From Thermoleophilia bacterium (GTDB lineage: Bacteria > Actinomycetota > Thermoleophilia > Gaiellales > Gaiellaceae): a stretch of 64,000 bases of DNA. Position 1 is the stretch's first letter; every line of letters starts with the position of its first letter. This document shows positions 20,680 through 26,786 of this stretch, piece after piece. Location: the NCBI GenBank assembly GCA_040005095.1, contig JBDTZN010000003.1:12089-76088 (forward strand), in the 5' to 3' direction. A model generated the notes under the pieces. It was not told the origin of the DNA. It saw only the letters and a program-made list of their open reading frames with translations, and searched no databases. A program made the translations under genes and the position numbers.

Positions 20680-21359
20680 CGCGGGTTGCGATGCTGGTCG
20701 CGCTGGCCGTTCTCCTGGCCGGATGTGGCGGGACGACCAAGTCGGCGGGCGGAGCTTCTTCGACGACGTCGGCCGAGCCGGCCACGACGACGGCCACGGC
20801 CGCGCCGGGCGGTTGCAAGGCCGTCGCGGCGCCGCAGCCGAAGCCGGACGGCGGCCGCAAACCGCCCAGGGCGGCGCTCGACCTCGCGAAGTCCTACACG
20901 GTCACGATCGAGACGAACTGCGGCAGCTTCACGATCACGCTCGACCAGAAGCAGTCCCCGCACGCCGCCGCGGCGTTCGTTTCGCTGGCGAAGTCCGGAT
21001 TCTTCGACCACACGACCTTCCACCGGATCGTGCCCGGCTTCGTCATCCAGGGCGGCGATCCGACCGGTACGGGCACGGGTGGGCCGGGGTTCTCGACGCT
21101 TGATCCGCCGCGGCCGACGGCCCGCTACACGCGCGGCGTCGTGGCGATGGCGAAGACCGGCGCCGAGCCGCCCGGAACGGCTGGGAGCCAATTCTTCGTC
21201 GTCACCGCCGACGATGCCGGGCTTCCTCCGGACTACGCGGTGATCGGCACGGTGACGAAAGGATTGCCCATCGTGATGCGCATCGGCGCGCTCGGGAACG
21301 CTCAGGAGCAGCCGACCCAGCCCGTCGTGATCTCCCGCACGACCGTCGCGGGGGCCTAG
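20676..21359 (+). CDS. Cyclophilin-type peptidyl-prolyl isomerase, lipoprotein
   Basis: The signal with lipobox is LLAGCGG. The catalytic core is FFDHTTFHRIVPGFVIQGGDPTGTGTGGPGF...GVVAMAKTG...GSQFFV. Confidence 0.9.
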   Translation: MTRVAMLVALAVLLAGCGGTTKSAGGASSTTSAEPATTTATAAPGGCKAVAAPQPKPDGGRKPPRAALDLAKSYTVTIETNCGSFTITLDQKQSPHAAAAFVSLAKSGFFDHTTFHRIVPGFVIQGGDPTGTGTGGPGFSTLDPPRPTARYTRGVVAMAKTGAEPPGTAGSQFFVVTADDAGLPPDYAVIGTVTKGLPIVMRIGALGNAQEQPTQPVVISRTTVAGA

Positions 21360-21374
21360 ACGACCGTCGGCGCG

Positions 21375-21860
21375 GTGCTTTTGGCGGCCGGCGCGGCGAC
21401 GCGGTTCGGCTCGCCCAAGCAGCGTCTCTTGCTGCCGGGGATCCTCGAGCGGGTGCGCGCGAGTTGCGTCGACGACGTGGTCGTCGTGGTCGGCGCGCAC
21501 GACGTGGATACCGAGGCGCGCACCGTTCGCGCCGACGAATGGGAACGCGGGCCGGGTGCGTCGCTGCGCGCCGGCCTCGACGCGCTGTCGCCCGAGACCG
21601 AGGCGGCGGTGGTCATCCTCGCGGACGGTCCGAATCTCGCCTCGGCGGCGATCGATCGTGTCGTCGAGGCGTGGCGCGCGGACGGTTCGCCGGTGCTCGC
21701 CGCGAGCTACGGCGGCGTGCGCGGCCATCCCGTCCTCCTCGCCCGCGCGGTCTGGGCGAGCGTGCCCGACGAAGGGGCTCGGGCGCTCGAGCCGCAGCTC
21801 GTCCCGTGCGACGACCTGGGCGCTCCAGGCGACGTCGATTCTGCCGATGATCTTCAATAG
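21375..21860 (+). CDS. MobA/MocA-like nucleotidyltransferase (molybdenum cofactor cytidylyltransferase-like)
   Basis: The N-terminus is LLAAGAATRFGSPKQ. ILADGP and GHPVLL are typical of MocA-type proteins encoded next to Mo hydroxylases. GTG 21375 is the first start after an in-frame TAG. Confidence 0.75.
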   Translation: MLLAAGAATRFGSPKQRLLLPGILERVRASCVDDVVVVVGAHDVDTEARTVRADEWERGPGASLRAGLDALSPETEAAVVILADGPNLASAAIDRVVEAWRADGSPVLAASYGGVRGHPVLLARAVWASVPDEGARALEPQLVPCDDLGAPGDVDSADDLQ

Positions 21861-21884
21861 CAGGTTCCTCGTCCCTCCCGCAGA

Positions 21885-22577
21885 ATGACGAAAGCCCACA
21901 TGGCCGTCGCCCGCCAACCCGATCGAAGTCCCGACGAGTCGCCGTTCGCCCGGGCTCGGCTCCAGCGACAGTTGACGGTCGAGGCGGCTGCGCAGCGAGC
22001 CGGTTTGAGCCCCGATCAGGTCGAGTGGCTCGAGGACGGGCGGGTCTACCGCTTCCCGTCGACCGACGACGCGCTGGTCGCCGCGCTGTTGTATGCGACC
22101 GCCCTCGGCATCGACCAGCGGGAGGCGCGTGCGCTCGCCGGCCTGCCGGTCACCCCGCTCGTCGGAGGGAGCTCGCAGGCCAGGCTGATCGGTGTCGCAG
22201 CGTTGCTGGCCGCCCTCGCGGCGCTCGCCGGCGTGTTCTGGCTCCAGAGCGGGAGCGGGCCGAGCGGACGCTCGACGGCGGTGGTGACGCTGCCCCCCTC
22301 GTGGAAGATCTCGGTGGACGTCCTGAACGGCAGCGGCGACATCACCTGGACGCGCCAGATGGCGAGCCGGGTCGGTGCGCTCGCTTACCACGTCCAGCAC
22401 GTCGGACGCGCGGACAAGTTCGACTACCGGCGGACAGCGGTCTACTACGAGCCGGGCGGAGTTGCGGTGGCGATCCGCCTCGCGCGGCAGCTCGGCGTGG
22501 TGACGAAGCCGCTACCCGGTGGCTCGGACCCGCACCACGTCGTCGTGATCGTCGGCCCGCACCGCGGTCCGGCTTAG
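21885..22577 (+). CDS. HTH plus transmembrane plus LytR_C domain protein
   Basis: The RodZ/XRE-like HTH is RARLQRQLTVEAAAQRAGLSPDQVEWLE. A single TM helix follows. The C-terminal segment is VDVLNGSGDITWTRQMASRVGALAYHV...TAVYYEPG. Confidence 0.7.
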   Translation: MTKAHMAVARQPDRSPDESPFARARLQRQLTVEAAAQRAGLSPDQVEWLEDGRVYRFPSTDDALVAALLYATALGIDQREARALAGLPVTPLVGGSSQARLIGVAALLAALAALAGVFWLQSGSGPSGRSTAVVTLPPSWKISVDVLNGSGDITWTRQMASRVGALAYHVQHVGRADKFDYRRTAVYYEPGGVAVAIRLARQLGVVTKPLPGGSDPHHVVVIVGPHRGPA

Positions 22578-22586
22578 AGCAGAGGA

Positions 22587-22660
22587 GCTAAGGCGCCGCT
22601 TGCGGCGCCGTCTCAGGATTCGCGGCTCGGCCGCGGATCCGTCCGGGCTCCTTACCTCGC
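22587..22660 (+). repeat. Diverged third copy (plus orientation) of the stop-codon-proximal structured element
   Basis: The sequence is UAAGGCGCCGC-UU-GCGGCGCC GUCUCAGGAUU CGCGGC-UCG-GCCGCG GAUCC GUCCGGGCUCCUUACCUCG. It shares UAAGGCGCCGC, the two-hairpin layout and the G(U)C.G.GCUCC(C)UUACC tail with copies at 24.3 and 55.7 kb. Confidence 0.4.
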
Positions 22661-22669
22661 CGCCCGCCG

Positions 22670-22903
22670 TTAGAGCAACGGCGTGCGCAGAGCCGACAGC
22701 TTTTCCTTTAGCTGCGGCGGCATCTGCTCGGCGGCGGCCTGCCGCACGTAGCGGCGCAGGTTCACCTCGAAGCGATAGCGCTTGCGGCAGTACGAGCAGA
22801 GCTCGAGATGGGCTTCGGCCTCCAGCATCTCCGCGTTGGACAACTCACGGTCGAGGTACGGCTGAAGTACCTCCTCGCACTTCGCGCACGGATCAACGGC
22901 CAT
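22670..22903 (-). CDS. ZAS-family anti-sigma factor, RsrA/RshA-like
   Basis: Residues C6, C9, H32-x3-C36-x2-C39 (DPCAKCEE...HLELCSYC) match the family. The Cys-to-His spacing of 26 is as in RsrA. The gene overlaps the sigma gene 3' end by 11 nt. Confidence 0.8.
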   Translation of the reverse strand: MAVDPCAKCEEVLQPYLDRELSNAEMLEAEAHLELCSYCRKRYRFEVNLRRYVRQAAAEQMPPQLKEKLSALRTPLL

Positions 22904-23498
22904 CGGTCCCTCCTACCGCTTCCTCTGCCAGCTCGCGTTTCAGGATACGCCGTCCCCGGTGCAAACGCGACATGACGGTGCCGATCGGAATGTCGAGGAT
23001 CTGGGCGGCGTCGGCGTATGTGAAATCGCCGATGTCGACGAGAACGACGACGTCCCGGAAGTCATGCGGAACTGCAGAAAGCGCGGAGACCACGTCGTCC
23101 TGCGAGAGCCGCTCGACCACGCGCTCCTCGTCCTGCGCGGGACCGTTCGACTCCTCGAGCTTGTTGTAGAGGAAGTAGTCGCCTTCCTCGAGCGGCTGCG
23201 TGTCTGGCGTCCGCTGCTTCTTGCGGCCGCGGTCGATGTTCAGATTCGTGAGGATCCGCAGGAGCCAGGCGCGGAGATTGGTGCCCGGGGTGAACGACCG
23301 CCAGCTCCGGAACGCCCGCGCATAGGCCTCCTGCATCAGGTCTTCCGCCTCCTCTCTCGAGCCGGCGAGATGGCGGGCCACGCGGTACACCTGATCGGAC
23401 AACTCGAGCGCCTCCTCCTCGAATCGCACGCGGTCGCGCGACTCGGTTGCCAGGCGCCGCGCGTCGGTTTCGGGGCTGGTCTCGCTCATCCCGAGCAC
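22893..23498 (-). CDS. ECF RNA polymerase sigma factor, SigR/SigH-like
   Basis: Region 2 is EDLMQEAYARAFRSWRSF...NLRAWLLRILTNLNID. Region 4 is FTYADAAQILDIPIGTVMSRLHRGR. A GGGAAT-N18-GTT promoter lies upstream. The start is GTG 23498, or alternatively ATG 23489. Confidence 0.85.
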   Translation of the reverse strand: MLGMSETSPETDARRLATESRDRVRFEEEALELSDQVYRVARHLAGSREEAEDLMQEAYARAFRSWRSFTPGTNLRAWLLRILTNLNIDRGRKKQRTPDTQPLEEGDYFLYNKLEESNGPAQDEERVVERLSQDDVVSALSAVPHDFRDVVVLVDIGDFTYADAAQILDIPIGTVMSRLHRGRRILKRELAEEAVGGTDGR

Positions 23499-23524
23499 CC
23501 TAGCAGCGCCCTTCTGAAGGCTTG

Positions 23525-23551
23525 AACGCTGTGAAAAGGCCCTGCATTCCC
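23525..23551 (-). promoter_or_regulatory. SigR/SigH-type promoter GGGAAT-N18-GTT upstream of the ECF sigma gene (autoregulatory layout)
   Basis: The minus strand reads acGGGAATgcagggccttttcacagcGTTcaag. The GTT lies 27 nt upstream of GTG 23498. Confidence 0.65.
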
Positions 23552-23607
23552 GTTAGCTATCGCGCTGAAACGGGTACACGGGATGACCTACCGACGAGGG
23601 GGGACAG

Positions 23608-24081
23608 ATGCAGGGGTACACGGTCGTGACGAGCGACGACGCAAAGGTGGGACACGTCGTCGGCGAGGTTGGCGAGAACCTCATTGTCGAGCAGGGGCAC
23701 CTGATGAAGTCGCGGCATCCGTTGCCGCGGGCGTTCGCTCACGCCGACGACGAGGCGCAGGTCGTCAGGACGACCGTGTCGAAGTCGATCCTCCAGGACG
23801 CGCCCAAGGTCGAGGCCGACGGCAGCGATCTGGACGAGGCCGAAGTCGCGCGCTATTACGGGCTCGCCTCCGGCGATCCGGCGCCCGAGACGCTGGGCGA
23901 CGGGGCCCTGGCGCCGGACGATCCCGCGCGCTCGATCGAAGCCGATCGCGAGGCGGCAGGGATGCCGGCTCCCGAGGAAGAGCGGATCGCGGCGCGCCAG
24001 AATCTGGAGGGTGGCGAGCCGATCGGGCGGCCGTCGCCTGGGCTGCTCGGGGACCGAACGCCCGAGAACCCGGTGTCTTAG
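23608..24081 (+). CDS. Hypothetical protein with PRC-barrel/DUF2171-like N-terminus and acidic disordered C-terminus
   Basis: MQGYTVVTSDDAKVGHVVGEVGENLIVEQG resembles PRC-barrel small proteins. RBS GAGGGGGGA lies upstream. Confidence 0.5.
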   Translation: MQGYTVVTSDDAKVGHVVGEVGENLIVEQGHLMKSRHPLPRAFAHADDEAQVVRTTVSKSILQDAPKVEADGSDLDEAEVARYYGLASGDPAPETLGDGALAPDDPARSIEADREAAGMPAPEEERIAARQNLEGGEPIGRPSPGLLGDRTPENPVS

Positions 24082-24296
24082 ACCGCGACGACCTCGCGGA
24101 AGCCCGCCTTGGCCATCGCGCCGAGGATGGCGTCACGGTCAGTGTGCTCGTCGTCCCAGGCGAGCATGACCTGGCCCATCAGGTTCGCGTTGGCCGCTTC
24201 GAGCCCATCGTGGCTTTCCAGCGCGTGCGCGAGCCGCATCACGCAGCGCTCGCAGCGGATGCCGCTCACCTGGACGGTCTCGCTCTGCGTGGCCAC
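24078..24296 (-). CDS. Heavy-metal-associated (HMA) domain protein, CxxC retained (GIRCERC)
   Basis: A 72-aa ferredoxin-like HMA pattern: VQVSGIRCERCVMRLAHALESHDGLEAANANL...AILGAMAKAGF. It has a GTG start and no obvious SD. Confidence 0.75.
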   Translation of the reverse strand: MATQSETVQVSGIRCERCVMRLAHALESHDGLEAANANLMGQVMLAWDDEHTDRDAILGAMAKAGFREVVAV

Positions 24297-24317
24297 GCTG
24301 AGAGTCTAGGGGCCGAA

Positions 24318-24409
24318 GCGCCGCTCACGCTTGGCGGATCGATAAGGGAGCGCAGACGGGCAGGCGGCAAGCCACCTGCCCTGAAACGGCGTCGCCGAGT
24401 CGACGCCTA
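24318..24409 (-). repeat. Structured non-coding element, copy A, beginning at the TAG of the GCS2 ligase gene and ending about 20 nt before the HMA gene
   Basis: The sense (minus) RNA reads UAG-GCGUCGACUCGGCGACGCC GUUUCA GGGCAGGUGGC-UU-GCCGCCUGCCC GUCUGCGCUCCCUUAUCGAUCCGCCAAGCGUGAGCGG.... A near-identical copy lies at 55700-55791. Confidence 0.7.
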
Positions 24410-25474
24410 GGCAAACGTTCTGGCCACAAGATCCGCCGCCGCTGCATGCGGATCGAGCGCGAGTTGGAGGTCGCCCTCGCACGACTCGGGGTCCAGCGCG
24501 TCGAGCAGCGGCTCGCCGGCGAGGAAACCGCGGAGCTCTTCCCACAGCTCGGGCACGTCGACGGCGCGGTCGCCGTCGGGATGGATCAGCTCGGCACGGG
24601 GCCCGAACCGCGATGCGGCCCAGCGATTCTGCGCGTAGTCGCCGCGCTGAGCGGGATCGACGGCGGCCGGCTCCTGGTCGAGCGCCCAGCGGCAGAGCTC
24701 GCGGATCAGGGCAACGAACGCGGTGGAGTGCGCGAGCGAGGTCGGCTGGTCGGGCATCCTGATCTCCAGCGTCCCGAGCTTGGGATGTGGGCGGACGTCC
24801 CACCAGATCCGCGTGTAGTCGGCGGTCACGCCGATCCGCATCAGCCGCTCGACCCAACTCTCCCACCCGGCGTAGGTGCCGAAGGGCGGGGGCCCTCCTG
24901 AGCGCGGCAGCTCCGCGAGGAGGAGGGCGCGGTTCGAGGCCATCCCCGTTGCACGCCCGACGAGGTACGGCGAGTTCGCGGAGAGCGCGAGCACGAGCGG
25001 CAGCCACGGGAGGATCGCCTCGAGCGCGGCGTAGCACTCGTCGGGGCCAGGCATCGCGACGTGGACGTGGAGGCCCTGCACCCCCTGGCGACGCGCAGAC
25101 ACGCCCGCGTAGTCGGCGAAGTCGGTGTAGCGCGGCTCCTGCACCACCGGCTGCTCCTCGGGGTCGGCGAATGGATGCGAGCCGGCGGCGGCGACCGTGA
25201 GCCCGTTCGCGGCGGCTGCGTCACGGGCTGCCAGCCTTAGCCCTCCGAGCGCGGCACCCGCCTCCGTGGCATCGGCGCACGGCTCGGTCGCGAGCTCGCA
25301 GACCGATGCGAAGAGCTCGGTCTTGACGACGCCGGGCAGGCCGCTCCCATCGAGCGAGCCGATCAGCTTGTCGACCTCGCCGACCTGCGCAAACGTGGTC
25401 GCGTCGAGGATCATCAGCTCCTCCTCGGCGCCGACCGACAGCGTCGGCCACGTGCCCCAACCGGCTTGGATCAT
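24407..25474 (-). CDS. Carboxylate-amine ligase, glutamate-cysteine ligase family 2 (YbdK-like)
   Basis: ATG 25474 overlaps the upstream stop (ATGA). LSVGAEEELMILD...GLHVHVAMP...SANSPY...WWDVRPHPKLGTLEIRMPD is typical of GCS2. Confidence 0.85.
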   Translation of the reverse strand: MIQAGWGTWPTLSVGAEEELMILDATTFAQVGEVDKLIGSLDGSGLPGVVKTELFASVCELATEPCADATEAGAALGGLRLAARDAAAANGLTVAAAGSHPFADPEEQPVVQEPRYTDFADYAGVSARRQGVQGLHVHVAMPGPDECYAALEAILPWLPLVLALSANSPYLVGRATGMASNRALLLAELPRSGGPPPFGTYAGWESWVERLMRIGVTADYTRIWWDVRPHPKLGTLEIRMPDQPTSLAHSTAFVALIRELCRWALDQEPAAVDPAQRGDYAQNRWAASRFGPRAELIHPDGDRAVDVPELWEELRGFLAGEPLLDALDPESCEGDLQLALDPHAAAADLVARTFA

Positions 25475-25833
25475 CGGGCGCGGATCCCGTGCACCGGCCG
25501 TCCGGCTGCCTCCCACGCGTAGTAGGACGCGCTCGGGCCGTACGAGGACTGGTAGTCGGTCACGCGAGGATTGCGGCCGACCTCCTTCGCACGCTGGGCG
25601 TGGCGAAGCAGGTTCGGGTCGTCGCGCTCCTCCCAGACGAGGACAAGGTGGGCGGCGGTCATGAAGTCCGCGACGAAGGTGCAGGCCGCGGCCGGACACG
25701 GGAACGGATCGGTCGACACGCAAAACCAGCCGGAGTGGTCCGCGTCGGCGTCGTCGGTCCAGAGCTCCTCCTCCTCGACGAGCCCCTCATCTTCGAGCAG
25801 GAGGCGTCCCCGCTGCGGCAGCTCGGGTTCCAT
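25471..25833 (-). CDS. Hypothetical Cys-containing protein (120 aa), translationally coupled to the GCS2 ligase
   Basis: Its composition is non-shadow-like (WFCVSTDPFPCPAAACTFVADFMTAAHLVLVWEERDDPNLL). I recognise no family. Confidence 0.5.
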   Translation of the reverse strand: MEPELPQRGRLLLEDEGLVEEEELWTDDADADHSGWFCVSTDPFPCPAAACTFVADFMTAAHLVLVWEERDDPNLLRHAQRAKEVGRNPRVTDYQSSYGPSASYYAWEAAGRPVHGIRAR

Positions 25834-25842
25834 CCTGGAACT

Positions 25843-26094
25843 CTAGGGGCGCGGTGTGAAGCTACGGAATGCTTCGACCAAGCCGTGCCGCGTCTCGGCG
25901 GGGAGCGAAGCCGCGTCGAGCCGGCCGACCAGGCGCATCGTCGTGCGGATCTGGTCGAGGTAGGCGTCGCATTTCGTGCAGCCGGCGAGGTGCTGTTCGA
26001 CGCGCGCGTGCTCCTCCGCCTCGAGGGCGCCCTCGAGATAGTCGGTGACGAGCTCGACGATCTCCTGGCAGCTGAGTGCTTCGACGGTGCTCAC
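25843..26094 (-). CDS. ZAS-family anti-sigma factor (zf-HC2)
   Basis: Residues C9 and H35-x3-C39-x2-C42 (HLAGCTKC) have the same 26-residue Cys-His spacing as the other pair. The gene overlaps the sigma gene stop by 4 nt. Confidence 0.8.
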   Translation of the reverse strand: MSTVEALSCQEIVELVTDYLEGALEAEEHARVEQHLAGCTKCDAYLDQIRTTMRLVGRLDAASLPAETRHGLVEAFRSFTPRP

Positions 26095-26732
26095 GGTTCC
26101 TCCACGTACTCCTCGATCGCCTTGCGCACCTTGGCGCGCGCCCGGTGCAGGAGCACTCGTTGATTGGACTCGGAGACCTCGAGGGCGTTACGGACCTCCT
26201 CCGCGCTCCAGCCCTCGACGTCACGCAGGGTGATCACAGCGCGCTGGCTCGGTGGGAGCTCGTCGATGGCGCGCTCGATAACGAGGCGGGTCTCGTCGCC
26301 GAGCAGCCGTTCCTCCGGCAGCGTGTCCCATCGGGTCGGCGGCGAGGCCCAGTGACCAGGCCAGCGCGCGTGAGCCGCATCGAGGAAGCGGTCGGGGTCG
26401 ACCGCGGGCTCCGGCACGCGGGCGGGATCACGCAGCGCCGAGAAGGGAATCGTGCGGCCCTCGCGCTGGGCGCGCGTCTTGGCCGTGTTCGTGAGGATGC
26501 GGAAGACCCAGGTGCGCAGCATCGAGCGACCCTCGAACTGGGGCAGGCCGCGCACGACGGCTAGCCAGGTCTCCTGCACGACTTCCTCCGCCACGGCGCG
26601 AGAGGAGACGTAGATCTGGGCGACGCGGAGCATCGACCCGGACCACTCGTCGACGATACGAGCGAAGGTCGCCTCGTCCCCTGCGCGCACCGCGGCGACG
26701 AGTTGCGCGTCGTCGGCGGCGACCTCGACCAC
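26091..26732 (-). CDS. ECF RNA polymerase sigma factor
   Basis: Region 2 is EEVVQETWLAVVRGLPQFEGRSMLRTWVFRILTN. Region 4 is WSAEEVRNALEVSESNQRVLLHRARAKV. A long linker joins the regions. Confidence 0.85.
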   Translation of the reverse strand: MVEVAADDAQLVAAVRAGDEATFARIVDEWSGSMLRVAQIYVSSRAVAEEVVQETWLAVVRGLPQFEGRSMLRTWVFRILTNTAKTRAQREGRTIPFSALRDPARVPEPAVDPDRFLDAAHARWPGHWASPPTRWDTLPEERLLGDETRLVIERAIDELPPSQRAVITLRDVEGWSAEEVRNALEVSESNQRVLLHRARAKVRKAIEEYVEEP

Positions 26733-26786
26733 GCCCGGAATCTACCGGGGACGTAACGAACCGGGGCACCGCGGCGTCAAAGCCGC

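Noticed and set aside
20457-22400. 647-aa ORF on the minus strand, the longest unexplained ORF in the track
   Set aside because: It runs antisense to four well-supported plus-strand genes (FAD subunit end, cyclophilin, MocA-like, LytR_C). Its composition is dominated by Arg/Gly/Ala/Pro/Asp with no recognisable motif. It is a typical high-GC shadow frame.
22641-22651. GTCCGGGCTCC, identical to part of the conserved RNase P RNA P4 region
   Set aside because: It is only an 11-mer within a 90-nt intergenic gap. RNase P RNA needs about 350-400 nt and other universally conserved blocks that are absent.
24318-24409. Interpretation of the repeated element as an integron attC site, a cobalamin riboswitch (GCCACCUGCC resembles a B12 box) or a ZTP/pfl motif (CCGCCUGCCC)
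   Set aside because: There are no GTTRRRY / RYYYAAC core sites and no intI gene. The B12-like and pfl-like strings are short, lie on the wrong strand relative to the wobble evidence, and lack the rest of those consensus structures. Copy B is not in a 5' leader.
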